Assembly (NCBI GenBank): GCA_038042445.1
Contig: JBBTED010000018.1
Span: forward strand, 33,419 to 97,418
Reading direction: 5' to 3'
From: Candidatus Firestoneibacteriota bacterium
GTDB taxonomy: Bacteria > Oederibacteriota > D2-FULL-39-29 > JBBTED01
Length of the DNA stretch: 64,000 nucleotides
A program made the translations under genes and the position numbers. Below, one piece after another: positions 10,033-22,250 of the stretch (its first letter is position 1; the number at the start of each line of letters is the position of its first letter). The notes under the pieces are model-generated. The model had not been told where the DNA came from. It saw nothing but the letters and a program-made list of their open reading frames with translations, and made no database searches.

Positions 10033-12181
10033 TTTAATATTTGGCACACATAATCATCAGCCAGTTGGAAATTTTGACTCAATTTTTGAAGAAGCGTATA
10101 GTAGGGCGTATTTGCCATTTATTGAGACTCTTATAAAATTTCCAAGTATAAAGATTACTGCTCACTATTCTGGAGTATTGCTTTCCTGGATATCAAAAAA
10201 ACATCCGGATTTTATCGATAAACTCAAAAATTTGGTTAATGCAAACAGAATAGAATTTATTGGTGGTGGTTTTTATGAACCAATTTTTTCAATAATACCA
10301 GATTCAGATAAAATAGGACAAATAAAGATGCTTTCAAGTTTTTTAAAAAACAATCTGAATTATTCACCAAAAGGAATGTGGCTTACTGAAAGAATATGGG
10401 AGCCACATCTTGCAAAACCGATACAGGAAGCAGGAATTGAATATACAATATTAGATGATTCTCATTTTAAATCTGCAGGTCTTCCTGCAGATAAGATGTA
10501 TGGTTATTTTACAACTGAAGAACAATCCTGTTTGCTTAAAATTTTCCCTATAAGTCAGCAACTCAGGTATTTTATTCCATTTAGACAACCACAGGAAGTA
10601 ATAGAATTTTTAAGAAGCATCGCTACAGAATCAGGAAATAATACTGTTGTTATTGTTGATGATGGAGAGAAATTTGGGATATGGCCGCATACTTATGAAT
10701 GGGTATACGAAAAAAAATGGCTGGAAAACTTTTTTTCTGCATTAGAATCAAATAAAGAATGGTTAATTACTACGACATTTGCTGAAAATATGCAAAATTT
10801 TCCACCACTTGGGCGTTTTTATATTCCATGTGGTTCTTATGCAGAAATGATGGAGTGGGCGTTGCCTGCAGAAACAACTTTAGAATATCAATTATACATG
10901 GAAGAACTTAAAAAAACAGGAAAATATGAAAATGTTGGTAAATTTTTTAAAGGTGGATTTTGGAGAAATTTTCTTGTGAAATATCCAGAAGCTAATAATA
11001 TACAAAAAAAGATGTTTTATGTTAGTAGTAAAGTGAATAAATTAATAAAAAAAACAAGAAAAACATCCCCAAATATGCCTGTATTGGAAAAAGCACAAGA
11101 TGAATTGTGGAAAGGACAGGCAAGTTGTGCATATTGGCATGGAATATTTGGAGGGATATACCTCAATCATCTTCGTTATAGTTTATATAATCATTTAATT
11201 AATGCAGAAAATTTGATTGATACAATTAACTATGGCAATGTAGATTGGCAAAAAACTGAAGAAATTGATTTTGATTGCGATGGATTTACCGAAGTTTTGA
11301 TAAATTCAAACAAGTTAAATATATATGTTGATCCCTTAGATGGTGGGTCAATTTTTGAAATGGATTGTAAGCCTTATGGATTTAATATTTTAAATACACT
11401 TGCAAGGCGAAAAGAAGCTTATCATAAAGATTTATCTTTTGATAAATTGCATACTTCGGCAACTTCTTTAACTAATGCTGGCAGTATTCATGATTTGTCA
11501 CGTACATTTGAAGTAGGATTGGAAAAATTGTTGAAATATGATTGGTATCGTAGAGTGTCTCTTTTGGACCATTTTTTGGGAAATAATACTAAACTTGAAG
11601 ATTTTGCTGGATGTAACTACAGTGAGCAGGGCGATTTTATTAATCAGCCTTATAGTTATAAAATAACAAAAGCAGATGACAAATTATTATTAGAGTTAGT
11701 TCGTGATGGAAACGTATGGGTTTCTGATAGAAAATATCCTGTAAAAATAAAAAAAATAATACAGGTTGCAAAAGGTGAATCAAAATTAAAAATTAATTAT
11801 GAATTAACAAATTTATCCGTAAGTGACATAAATTTATGGTTTGGAGTGGAATTTAATTTGTCAATGTTGACAGGTGATGCTTCAGATAGGTATTACAAAT
11901 TTACAAACATAAATATTAAAGATCGAACTATGGGAAGTGTTGGAGAGATAGATTGTGTGAAAGAATTTAGGGTTGTAGATGGGTGGCATAAATTTGAGAT
12001 GATATTTGAATTTAATAAAGATATAAAATTATGGCGTTTTCCAATAGAAACAATTTCACAATCTGTCGGTAAATTGGAAAAATCTTATCAGAGTTCTGTT
12101 ATTTTTCCAAACTGGAAATTTAGTCTTAAACCAAATGAAAAGTGGAATGTAGTAATTACTCAGGAATTCAAAGGATTATAA
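10019..12181 (+). CDS. GH57 alpha-amylase/4-alpha-glucanotransferase
   Basis: HNHQP, GMWLTERIWEP (nucleophile Glu), DDGEKFGIWP (acid/base Asp), YWHGIFGGIY; C-terminal DUF1926-like beta domain. Confidence 0.9.
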   Translation: MKKINLIFGTHNHQPVGNFDSIFEEAYSRAYLPFIETLIKFPSIKITAHYSGVLLSWISKKHPDFIDKLKNLVNANRIEFIGGGFYEPIFSIIPDSDKIGQIKMLSSFLKNNLNYSPKGMWLTERIWEPHLAKPIQEAGIEYTILDDSHFKSAGLPADKMYGYFTTEEQSCLLKIFPISQQLRYFIPFRQPQEVIEFLRSIATESGNNTVVIVDDGEKFGIWPHTYEWVYEKKWLENFFSALESNKEWLITTTFAENMQNFPPLGRFYIPCGSYAEMMEWALPAETTLEYQLYMEELKKTGKYENVGKFFKGGFWRNFLVKYPEANNIQKKMFYVSSKVNKLIKKTRKTSPNMPVLEKAQDELWKGQASCAYWHGIFGGIYLNHLRYSLYNHLINAENLIDTINYGNVDWQKTEEIDFDCDGFTEVLINSNKLNIYVDPLDGGSIFEMDCKPYGFNILNTLARRKEAYHKDLSFDKLHTSATSLTNAGSIHDLSRTFEVGLEKLLKYDWYRRVSLLDHFLGNNTKLEDFAGCNYSEQGDFINQPYSYKITKADDKLLLELVRDGNVWVSDRKYPVKIKKIIQVAKGESKLKINYELTNLSVSDINLWFGVEFNLSMLTGDASDRYYKFTNINIKDRTMGSVGEIDCVKEFRVVDGWHKFEMIFEFNKDIKLWRFPIETISQSVGKLEKSYQSSVIFPNWKFSLKPNEKWNVVITQEFKGL

Positions 12182-12182
12182 A

Positions 12183-12965
12183 ATGCAAAAAGCAATAATT
12201 GTAGGAATTTTAGGTGGGTTATTTAATTTAGAGGGCAGAGCGATTGGTGAGCTAATGTTTTCTCAGCCATTGGTTGCTGGAACAATAACAGGATGGTTGT
12301 TGGGGGATATACATACAGGTTTGATTATTGGTGCAATACTACAGTTGATATGGATAAATATGCTTCCAGTTGGAGCAAGTATTCCTCCTGATTCATCTTT
12401 GGCATCTGTGTTAGGTGTGACATTTGCTATATCTTTACTTTCTAGTCATAAGTTGCCTTCTGATATCATAATGGCATATTCAGTGGCATTAGCAATTCCA
12501 TTGGGTCTTGTTGGTAAATGGATGGATTTTCATTTAAGGGAATTCAATGCGAATTTATCGCATAGAGTTTCTATGTATGCATCACAGGGAAATACAGTTG
12601 CTATTGATTTAATCACTGGAGCGGCAGTAGTGCTTTCATTTTTTAAGGGGTTTATACTATGTTTTATTGCAACACTTCTGGCAGATAGAATTTTGTTGGA
12701 TATATTGGTATCACTGCCGCATCAGATTAAAGATGGATTGAGGTTATCCTGGAAATTTTTTCCTGCGATAGGAATTGCTGTGATAATAAATATGTTTTGT
12801 GTAAAAAAGTTTATTTCATTTTTTATTGGAAGTTACCTATTTGTTGTTATTCTTTTAGCAGTAGCAGGGTTTAGCAAGATAATTTTATTTTTAATTGTGT
12901 TATCTATTGCAATATTGATGGCATTTGAAATGAGAAAATTTCAAAAAGATGGAGAGATTTGCTAA
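12183..12965 (+). CDS. PTS mannose-family EIIC
   Basis: SQPLVAGTITGWLLGD...G.IIGA.LQLIW...VGASIPPD. Confidence 0.88.
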   Translation: MQKAIIVGILGGLFNLEGRAIGELMFSQPLVAGTITGWLLGDIHTGLIIGAILQLIWINMLPVGASIPPDSSLASVLGVTFAISLLSSHKLPSDIIMAYSVALAIPLGLVGKWMDFHLREFNANLSHRVSMYASQGNTVAIDLITGAAVVLSFFKGFILCFIATLLADRILLDILVSLPHQIKDGLRLSWKFFPAIGIAVIINMFCVKKFISFFIGSYLFVVILLAVAGFSKIILFLIVLSIAILMAFEMRKFQKDGEIC

Positions 12966-13738
12966 TGAAACTTTCTAGATTCGATTTAATAGTTACAATG
13001 TATCGCTCGCTTTTTGTTGAAACTGTTTGGAATTTTGAAAGAATGCAAAGTGTTGGATTTTTATATGCGATTATTCCTGCAATAAGGAAACTCTATCCAA
13101 ATAAAATAAAAAGGATTTCTGCATTAAAGAGACATTTGAAGCCATTTAGTACACATCCATATATGACTGGTATAATTTTGGGGGTTATCCTTAAAAAAGA
13201 AGAAGAGATAGCCTGTGGCACAGAGGAAAATACAAAAGTTATTGATGATATTAAATCAAATATGATGGGTCCTTTAGCTGCACTTGGGGATTCATTTTTT
13301 TGGTCAGCATGGCGTCCTTTAATTGCTCTTTTAGGAACAACGATAACTATGCTTTCTGTGAAAAATCAATGCAGTATTATCTTGGGTCCTGTAGTTTTTT
13401 TAATAATATACAATATTCCTCATTTTTATTTGCGATGTATAGGATTTATAAAAGCGTATAACAGTGGTTTGGGGATAATATCAACCATAAGAAATTTGAA
13501 TATTCAAAAACTTGTGGAAAGATTATATCTTATTGGTGCAATTATGGCAGGATGTGTTATTGCATTGCTTTTTTCATGGGATAAATTTAAACTTTTAGAC
13601 ATAGAATTTATTAGGAATATATTTTTTTTTAGCGTTATTCTTTTGCTAACAGTTGCGTTAAAGTTCCAAATAACAGCAACAAAGCTTTTATATATAATAA
13701 TAATAATATGCACAATTAGCGTATATTTTGGATTTTAA
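12965..13738 (+). CDS. PTS mannose-family EIID
   Basis: WNFERMQ, RHL.PFSTHP, MGPLAALGDSFFW; start at the TAATG overlap. Confidence 0.9.
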   Translation: MKLSRFDLIVTMYRSLFVETVWNFERMQSVGFLYAIIPAIRKLYPNKIKRISALKRHLKPFSTHPYMTGIILGVILKKEEEIACGTEENTKVIDDIKSNMMGPLAALGDSFFWSAWRPLIALLGTTITMLSVKNQCSIILGPVVFLIIYNIPHFYLRCIGFIKAYNSGLGIISTIRNLNIQKLVERLYLIGAIMAGCVIALLFSWDKFKLLDIEFIRNIFFFSVILLLTVALKFQITATKLLYIIIIICTISVYFGF

Positions 13739-13765
13739 TAAATATGATAATGATAAAAAAATATT

Positions 13766-14053
13766 ATGACAACTAAAGCTAATTATTTAGAGAAAGAAGT
13801 TGAGATAGCAAATAAACTTGGATTGCATTTGCGTGCTGCTGCACTTTTTGTTAAACTTGCAAATCAGTATAAAAGTGAAGTATTTGTGAAAAAAGGCGTC
13901 CAGCAGGTAGATGGTAAGTCTATAATGGGGATAATGACTTTAGCAGCTCCGTTTGGTTCTAAAATAAAAATAATGTCAAAAGGGTCAGATGCAAACGAAA
14001 TGCTTAATGCTTTGGAAAAACTTATAAAAATTAAATTTGGAGAAAAAGAATAA
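13766..14053 (+). CDS. ptsH: Phosphocarrier protein HPr
   Basis: NKLGLHLRAA (His15) and DGKSIMG (Ser46). Confidence 0.92.
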   Translation: MTTKANYLEKEVEIANKLGLHLRAAALFVKLANQYKSEVFVKKGVQQVDGKSIMGIMTLAAPFGSKIKIMSKGSDANEMLNALEKLIKIKFGEKE

Positions 14054-14087
14054 TGGCAAGGATTTCTATGAAATGGCAGGAATTATT

Positions 14088-15842
14088 ATGAATGAATCAA
14101 ATACTTTAAAGGGTATTTCTGCATCTGCCGGGATAGTTATAGGGAAAGCTTTTATATATAGTCCGGAAGATATTGTTATTTCTAAATATTCAATAGATAT
14201 ATCTGATGTAAAAAATGAAATTACCAGATTTCAAATTGCTTTAAAAAAAACCAGGCAGGAAATAATAGTATTAAAAGACAAGCTTGGTAAAGAAATAGGG
14301 AAAGTGCACGCTAATATTTTTACAGCGCATCTATTAATACTTGATGATCCTATGCTTACTGCTGATACAATAAACGAAGTAAAAAAATCAAAATTCAATA
14401 TTGAACACGTATTTTCTCAATCTTTGGCAAAGCTTACTCAAATGATAGAGTCTGTAGACGACCCATATTTTAAAGAACGTGGAAATGACATAAAAGATGT
14501 AGGCAGACGTGTCCTAAAAAATCTTGTTGGTAAAAACAGAGAAACATTGGTTGATCTTAAAGAAGAAGTCATAGTTTTTGCAAAAGATCTTTCACCTTCG
14601 GATACTGCAACTATGCACAAAGAAAAAGTTATAGGTTTTGCAACTGATATTGGCGGCAAAACTTCACATACTGCAATAATGGCACGTGCATTGCAAATTC
14701 CGGCAGTTGTGGGTTTAGGTAATGTTACTGAGAAAGTAACAGAGGGTGATATTGTAATAGTTGATGGCAATAGGGGTATAATTTTAATAAATCCAGATGA
14801 AGAAACTATTAAAAAATATTCTATTGAGCTGGAAAAATTTATTGCATTTGAACGTGAACTTGCAAATTTAAAAGATTTAAAAGCACAGACAAAAGATGAT
14901 TATCTAATAAAGATTAATGCAAATATTGAAATTCCGGAAGAAATTCCACTTGTTCATAAACATGGAGCAGAGGGCATAGGATTATATAGAACAGAATTTT
15001 TGTATTTAAACAAGCCAAATCTTCCGAGTGAGGAAGAACAGTTTAATGCGTATAGATTTGTAGTTGAGGAAATGGCACCAAAACCAGTTATATTGCGAAC
15101 TCTTGATGTTGGTGGCGATAAATTTTTATCACATTTAAATCTTGCCAAAGAGATGAATCCATTTTTAGGATTAAGAGCAATCAGACTTTGCTTGGCGCAT
15201 CCTGATATATTTAGAGTGCAATTACGTGCAATATTGCGCGCAAGTGCTTATGGTAAATTAAAAATAATGTTTCCAATGATATCAAGTGTAGAAGAATTAA
15301 AGAAAGCAAAAGAATTTTTGGAAGAGGCAAAGAAGGAATTAAAGACAGATGGTTTTGCTTTTGACGAGAATATTGAGGTAGGTGTAATGATAGAAGTTCC
15401 ATCAGCAGTTTTGATTGCTGATATATTAGCAAAAGAAGTTAGTTTTTTCAGTATTGGAACTAATGATTTAATTCAATATACTTTGGCAATTGATAGGATA
15501 AATGAAAATATTGCACATTTATACAATCCTTTACATCCTGCAATTTTACGTTCTATAAAATTAATCATTGATGCAGCGCATAAAGCAAATATAGTAGTTG
15601 GAATGTGTGGAGAAATGGCAGGAGATTCTATATATACTTCAATATTACTTGGATTAGGGTTGGATAGCTTAAGTATGTCTCCTATTGCTATTCCAGAGGT
15701 GAAAAAGATAATTCGTTCTACGACGTTAAGAGAAGCAAAAGATTATGTTGGTAAAATATTTGCAATGTCAACAGCAGATGAAGTAAAAAAATTTGTTAAT
15801 AGTAGCATTACAAAAAGGTATACAGTTGTTAAAGAATTTTGA
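14088..15842 (+). CDS. ptsI: PTS enzyme I (PEP-protein phosphotransferase)
   Basis: GGKTSHTAIMAR, GIGLYRTEF, EMNPFLGLRAIR, FSIGTNDL, MCGEMAG; the ATG at 14088 follows GCAGGA. Confidence 0.95.
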   Translation: MNESNTLKGISASAGIVIGKAFIYSPEDIVISKYSIDISDVKNEITRFQIALKKTRQEIIVLKDKLGKEIGKVHANIFTAHLLILDDPMLTADTINEVKKSKFNIEHVFSQSLAKLTQMIESVDDPYFKERGNDIKDVGRRVLKNLVGKNRETLVDLKEEVIVFAKDLSPSDTATMHKEKVIGFATDIGGKTSHTAIMARALQIPAVVGLGNVTEKVTEGDIVIVDGNRGIILINPDEETIKKYSIELEKFIAFERELANLKDLKAQTKDDYLIKINANIEIPEEIPLVHKHGAEGIGLYRTEFLYLNKPNLPSEEEQFNAYRFVVEEMAPKPVILRTLDVGGDKFLSHLNLAKEMNPFLGLRAIRLCLAHPDIFRVQLRAILRASAYGKLKIMFPMISSVEELKKAKEFLEEAKKELKTDGFAFDENIEVGVMIEVPSAVLIADILAKEVSFFSIGTNDLIQYTLAIDRINENIAHLYNPLHPAILRSIKLIIDAAHKANIVVGMCGEMAGDSIYTSILLGLGLDSLSMSPIAIPEVKKIIRSTTLREAKDYVGKIFAMSTADEVKKFVNSSITKRYTVVKEF

Positions 15843-15869
15843 TGATAGTGAATATAAAGGAGGGTAAAA

Positions 15870-16925
15870 ATGGTTTTGAATGTTGAAGAAATTAGGAAAA
15901 TAGATAAAAAAAATATGTTGAAACTGCTTATGGATTTTCCAGAGCAATGTGAATATGCTTATAAGTTGGCATGTGATTTCAAGTTGCCCAAAAAATTAAG
16001 CAGGATATCTTCTGTTATTGTTACAGGGCTCGGTGGTTCAGCAATAGGTGGAGATTTGTTAAAAGCATATTTAAATTCTGAAACTAAAATACCAATTGTA
16101 GTTAACAGAAATTATATATTACCGTCATGGGTTAATAAAAACACACTTATATTTGCAGTGAGTTATTCCGGAAATACTGAGGAGACTATTAGTGCCTATA
16201 AAGCTGCAAGAAAAATCGGAGCAAAAATTATATGTATTACAACAGGGGGAGAGTTGTCTGAATTATCCAAGAAAGATAATGTTCCAACGGTTTTTATTCC
16301 AACAGGGTATCCGCCAAGAACTGCTTTAGGATATTTATTCCTGCCTATATTAGTTTTGATGAACAAGTTAGGATTAATTGATAATAAAAGAAAAGAAATT
16401 CAAGATATGATTTTTCTATTGCGAAAGCTAACAAAACAATATGCGCCAGATGTTTCAATAAATTCAAATTTTGCAAAGAAAATAGCTACAAAATTACATA
16501 ATAAACCAGTAGTAGTTTATGGAGTATCAGATTGGACAGAAGCTGTTGCTTTGCGTTGGAAAGGACAATTAACTGAAAATGGCAAGGTACTTGCTTTTGT
16601 TAGTTTATTGCCAGAAATGAATCATAATGAAGTAGTAGGGTGGGATATTTTAAAAGACAAATTGAAAAATTTTGCAGCTATATTTTTAAGAGATGATTCA
16701 GATTTATCAAGAATAAAAAAGAGAATAGAGATAACAAAATCAATAATAACAAAAAGAGCAGGTTGTGTTCAAGAAGTGTATTCATCGGGAGGTAATTTGC
16801 TGTCTAGATTAATGTCTTTAATCTGTTTAGGTGACTTCGTAAGTATTTATGTTGCCATCTTAAATAAAGTTGATCCTACACCTGTTGCAGTTATTGATTA
16901 TCTTAAAAAGCAATTAAAGAAGTGA
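15870..16925 (+). CDS. Bifunctional phosphoglucose/phosphomannose isomerase (SIS family)
   Basis: GLGGSAIGG, SYSGNTEET, PPRTA, ENGK, PEMNHNE, VDPTPV. Confidence 0.9.
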   Translation: MVLNVEEIRKIDKKNMLKLLMDFPEQCEYAYKLACDFKLPKKLSRISSVIVTGLGGSAIGGDLLKAYLNSETKIPIVVNRNYILPSWVNKNTLIFAVSYSGNTEETISAYKAARKIGAKIICITTGGELSELSKKDNVPTVFIPTGYPPRTALGYLFLPILVLMNKLGLIDNKRKEIQDMIFLLRKLTKQYAPDVSINSNFAKKIATKLHNKPVVVYGVSDWTEAVALRWKGQLTENGKVLAFVSLLPEMNHNEVVGWDILKDKLKNFAAIFLRDDSDLSRIKKRIEITKSIITKRAGCVQEVYSSGGNLLSRLMSLICLGDFVSIYVAILNKVDPTPVAVIDYLKKQLKK

Positions 16926-17689
16926 ATTCTGTGCTGAAAAAAATTGACATTTTAGATGTCAAAGTGGATAATGTTGTTTTAAATGATGTAATAGATGTAA
17001 TAAAAAAGTCTATAAAAGAAAAAAAATTTTGTAATATAGTATCAATTAATGCATTAACAGGTATTCAGGCAAAAAGAGATAAAGAATTTAAGAAAATAAT
17101 GAATACTGCAAATTTAGTTTTGGCTGATGGTATGGGAATAATATTAGCATCTAAGTTACTTGGTAAATCTTTGAAAGAAAGAATTGCCGGTATAGATTTG
17201 ATTCCACGTTTATGTAAATTTTCAGAAGAAAATGGGAGTTCTATTTTCTTTTTTGGATCTTTGCCTGGAATAGTAGAAGATGCAATTTTAAAACTTAAGC
17301 AAAAATTTCCTAAAATGAATGTTTCTGGTGTTCAAAATGGATATTTTGATAAAAATATGGAAGGTGAAATAATTAATAGAATTAATTCTTCTGCTACAGA
17401 TATTCTATTGGTTGGATTAGGTCAGCCAAGGCAGGAGAAGTGGATATATAATAATAGAGATAAAATAAATTCTGTATGTATTGGTGTTGGCGGGAGTTTT
17501 GATGTGATTTCTGGTAGGGTTTCGCGGGCTCCTAAAATTTTACAAGAGCTTGGTTTAGAATGGTTGTATCGTTTAATCTTGCAACCGTATAGATTTAAAC
17601 GTATATTATGGTTGCCATATTTTATATGGCTGGTATTAGTTGAGTTTTTAAACGCAAAATGGAAATCGAAAAACGTAAAACTAATGTAA
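16922..17689 (+). CDS. WecG/TagA/CpsF family glycosyltransferase
   Basis: ADGMGI, ERIAGIDL, VGLGQPRQEKW, GVGGSFD, LEWLYRL. Confidence 0.9.
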   Translation: MNSVLKKIDILDVKVDNVVLNDVIDVIKKSIKEKKFCNIVSINALTGIQAKRDKEFKKIMNTANLVLADGMGIILASKLLGKSLKERIAGIDLIPRLCKFSEENGSSIFFFGSLPGIVEDAILKLKQKFPKMNVSGVQNGYFDKNMEGEIINRINSSATDILLVGLGQPRQEKWIYNNRDKINSVCIGVGGSFDVISGRVSRAPKILQELGLEWLYRLILQPYRFKRILWLPYFIWLVLVEFLNAKWKSKNVKLM

Positions 17690-17723
17690 GTTTTTAGTTT
17701 AATATAATTAAGGAGGATTAAAA

Positions 17724-18875
17724 ATGAGGAAGGATAAAAATTTTATTTTTACTTCTGAATCTGTAACAGAAGGACATCCAGATAAAGTTTGCGATCAAAT
17801 TTCAGATGCAATACTGGATGCTATAATGAAAGATGATCCAATGGGGCGTGTGGCTTGCGAAACATTGGTGACTACTGGTTTGGCAATGGTGGCTGGTGAA
17901 ATTACCACGAGTTGTTATGTTGATATGCCTAAAGTTGTACGTGATACAATAAAAGAGATTGGTTATTCAGATGCGAAAATGGGTTTTGATTGGGAGACTT
18001 GTGCTGTAGTTACCGCAATACAAGAGCAATCTCCTGATATTTCTATGGGTGTTGATAAAGAAGGAGCTGGAGATCAAGGAATGATGTTTGGATATGCAGT
18101 AAATGATACTCCTGAACTTATGCCAATGCCAATAATGTTAGCACATAAATTAGTGAGGCGTCTTACTGAATTGCGTAAGAAGAATATATTAAAATATTTA
18201 CGTCCAGATGGAAAATCTCAAGTTACAGTAGAATATGAAAAGGGAAGGCCTAAAAGAGTAGATGCTGTTGTAATTGCAGCGCAGCACAATCCAAATGTTA
18301 AATATTCTACCTTAAAAAAAGACATTTTCGAAAAAGTTATAAAGACTATAATTCCTGCAAAACTATTAGATAAAGGAACAAAAATTTTTGTTAATCCTAC
18401 AGGTAAATTTGTAACTGGTGGTCCTCAAGGAGATACAGGGGTTACTGGAAGAAAAATAATTGTAGATACTTATGGTGGAATGGGAAGACATGGAGGTGGA
18501 TGTTTTTCCGGGAAAGATTCTACTAAAGTTGATCGCTCTGCTTGTTATATGGCAAGGTATATAGCAAAAAATATTGTTGCTGCAGGTCTTGCTGATGAAT
18601 GTGAATTGCAGGTTTCTTATGCAATAGGAGTAGCTGAACCAACTTCAGTTATGGTTAATACTTTTGGCACAGGAAAAGCTGCGGAAGAAAAATTGATAAA
18701 TCTTGTCCGAAAACATTTTCCACTTACTCCACGTGGTATAATTGATCATTTAAAATTGCGTAGACCAATATTTAGAAACACAGCTGCGTATGGTCATTTT
18801 GGAAGAACTGAACAAGAATTTACATGGGAATGGACAGATAAAGCAAAAATACTTAAAGAAGAAATAGAGGGATAG
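17724..18875 (+). CDS. metK: S-adenosylmethionine synthetase
   Basis: [28 protein letters not shown]. Confidence 0.98.
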   Translation: MRKDKNFIFTSESVTEGHPDKVCDQISDAILDAIMKDDPMGRVACETLVTTGLAMVAGEITTSCYVDMPKVVRDTIKEIGYSDAKMGFDWETCAVVTAIQEQSPDISMGVDKEGAGDQGMMFGYAVNDTPELMPMPIMLAHKLVRRLTELRKKNILKYLRPDGKSQVTVEYEKGRPKRVDAVVIAAQHNPNVKYSTLKKDIFEKVIKTIIPAKLLDKGTKIFVNPTGKFVTGGPQGDTGVTGRKIIVDTYGGMGRHGGGCFSGKDSTKVDRSACYMARYIAKNIVAAGLADECELQVSYAIGVAEPTSVMVNTFGTGKAAEEKLINLVRKHFPLTPRGIIDHLKLRRPIFRNTAAYGHFGRTEQEFTWEWTDKAKILKEEIEG

Positions 18876-18880
18876 TGAAA

Positions 18881-18901
18881 TCCCCCTTTTGCAAAGGGGG
18901 A
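18881..18901. repeat. TCCCCCTTT-N3-AAAGGGGGA palindromic repeat (CCCCT family)
   Basis: Perfect 9-bp stem; related copies at 25086, 35070 and 61115. Confidence 0.7.
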
Positions 18902-18923
18902 ATAAGAGAAAATAGGAGAATAA

Positions 18924-20183
<1,260 letters not shown>

Positions 20184-20220
20184 GCTAAGTGTAAAGTAAT
20201 TCCTCAGTTATAGGTATTTG

Positions 20221-20275
20221 GTAGACGCCCGGCCTATGCGGGCGTGAAATACCGCAGGCTGAAGCCTGCGACTAC
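20221..20275. repeat. GTAG-type REP doublet (REPIN-like)
   Basis: GTAGACGCCCG-N7-CGGGCGT plus inverted CGCAGGCTGAAGCCTGCGACTAC; the second arm matches 51940-52023. Confidence 0.75.
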
Positions 20276-20311
20276 CACTAGTAAGGACATACATTAGCTG
20301 CAATTTTAGGC

Positions 20312-20377
20312 TTTACATATTTAATTTTTTATATATAATATTAAATATATGGTATATAGCATACGTTATATACCATA
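20312..20377 (+). promoter_or_regulatory. Putative sigma-70 promoter with two overlapping copies of the PTS-operon operator
   Basis: TTTACA-N16-TATAAT, then TATGGTATATAGCATA (20348-20363) and TACGTTATATACCATA (20362-20377), followed by GCTAAAAA as at 8567. Confidence 0.7.
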
Positions 20378-20388
20378 GCTAAAAACTT

Positions 20389-21303
20389 ATGATTTCAAAA
20401 AAATTACGACAGAATTTAATTGGGTTTTCTTTTTTAGCACCCAACATGTTAGGTTTTTTTACATTTACCTTCCTTCCTGTTTTGGCTTCTCTTATGTTAT
20501 GTTTTACTGATTGGGATATACTTACAGAGATAAGATATATAGGATTTTCTAATTTTATAAATTTACTTGGTTTTCATCGTGATATAGTTGCTAATACATT
20601 AGTAGCAAATGATCCGTTGTTTTGGAAATATTTAGGGAATACTCTTTTCTTTGTTTTAGGTATACCTATAGGGATGACAGTTTCTCTTGCTTTAGCTTTG
20701 TTTATGAATCAAAAACTTAAAGGTATAATAGTATTTAGAACAATTTATTTTTTACCTGTTATATCATCACTGATTGCGTGTGCTTTGGTATGGAGGTGGA
20801 TATACAATCCTGATTTTGGTTTGTTGAATAGTTTTTTAGCGAAATTTGGAATTAGAGGTCCTGATTGGCTTTCAAGTACTGTATGGGCAAAACCTGCTTT
20901 GATGATGATGGGGATATGGAAAGGCGCAGGTTATAATATGCTTTTATATCTTGCAGGTCTTCAAGGGGTTCCTGAAGAATTTTATGAAGCTTCATATATA
21001 GATGGAGCCAGTGAAAGGCAGCAATTTTTTTACATTACTTTTCCCATGCTTGCACCTGTCCACTTTTTTATAATAATAATGGGAATGATAGGAACTCTAC
21101 AAATTTTTGGTGAAGCTTTTGTGATGACAGGTGGTGGTCCAGCTGGGGCTACAACTACAATTGCATACTATATATATAATAATGCATTTCAATGGTTTAA
21201 AATGGGTTACGCAACTACAATTGCATGGGTTTTGTTCTTTTTAGCTTTTAGTGTAACTATGTTTCAATGGAAATTTTTAGGTAAAAAGGTACACTATCAA
21301 TGA
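20389..21303 (+). CDS. Carbohydrate ABC transporter permease (MalF/UgpA type)
   Basis: EAA motif LQGVPEEFYEASYIDGAS; TGGGP; FKMGYA. Confidence 0.92.
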   Translation: MISKKLRQNLIGFSFLAPNMLGFFTFTFLPVLASLMLCFTDWDILTEIRYIGFSNFINLLGFHRDIVANTLVANDPLFWKYLGNTLFFVLGIPIGMTVSLALALFMNQKLKGIIVFRTIYFLPVISSLIACALVWRWIYNPDFGLLNSFLAKFGIRGPDWLSSTVWAKPALMMMGIWKGAGYNMLLYLAGLQGVPEEFYEASYIDGASERQQFFYITFPMLAPVHFFIIIMGMIGTLQIFGEAFVMTGGGPAGATTTIAYYIYNNAFQWFKMGYATTIAWVLFFLAFSVTMFQWKFLGKKVHYQ

Positions 21304-22121
21304 AAAAAAGTTTACTAACTAAAATAATACTATATGCTATGTTATTAACAGGAAGTATAATTATGATTATGCCATTTTTATGGATGTTGTCTACTTCTTT
21401 AAAAGAATCCGGTGATGTATTTACTTTTCCTCCTAAATGGATACCAAATCCAATAAAATGGGAGAACTATATAAATGCCTGGAACGCAGTTCCATTCGGT
21501 ATGTTTTTCATCAATAGTGTAATTATTGCTATTTCTGTTACATTTGGAAAAGTAGTGACTTCGTCATTAGCTGCATTTGCTTTTGCGCGGCTTAAATTTT
21601 TTGGAAGGGATAAATTGTTTCTGGCATATTTAGGGACTATGATGGTTCCAGGCCAGGTTACAATGATACCTGTTTTTATTTTATTAAAAAAATTAAACTG
21701 GATTGATACATATCAGGCGCTTATTTTGCCTGGCCTTTTTACTGCTTATGGTACATTTATGTTAAGGCAATTCTTTATGACTATACCTATAGATTTAGAA
21801 GAAGCGGCTATAATAGATGGATGCAGTACTTTTAGAGTATACTGGAACATAATAATACCTCTTTCTAAACCAGCATTGGCAACTTTAGCTACTTTTGTAT
21901 TTTTAGGTAGTTGGAATGATTTTATGTGGCCATTAATTGTTACCAATTCTATGGAAATGAAAACACTGCCAGTTGGTCTTGCTTCTTTTCAGGGTTTATA
22001 TAGCACAGATTGGACGTTACTTATGGCAGCTGCGACTATAGTATTGATACCTGTTTTAATTGTATATATCTTTAATCAGAAATTCTTTGTCCGCGGTATA
22101 GTTTTAAGTGGTATAAAATAA
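21300..22121 (+). CDS. Carbohydrate ABC transporter permease (MalG/UgpE type)
   Basis: PFLWMLSTSLK, LEEAAIIDG, WNDFMWP. Confidence 0.92.
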   Translation: MKKSLLTKIILYAMLLTGSIIMIMPFLWMLSTSLKESGDVFTFPPKWIPNPIKWENYINAWNAVPFGMFFINSVIIAISVTFGKVVTSSLAAFAFARLKFFGRDKLFLAYLGTMMVPGQVTMIPVFILLKKLNWIDTYQALILPGLFTAYGTFMLRQFFMTIPIDLEEAAIIDGCSTFRVYWNIIIPLSKPALATLATFVFLGSWNDFMWPLIVTNSMEMKTLPVGLASFQGLYSTDWTLLMAAATIVLIPVLIVYIFNQKFFVRGIVLSGIK

Positions 22122-22250
22122 ATCTATGGTTTTGATAAAATGAAGTTATATGTGATAAACTTCGGAAAGGAGACGATATATTGAAAATTTAGGAGTGTGG
22201 TAAAATAATGAATTCAAAAAAAGTAACGATTCAAAAAAAACAAGACTAAA

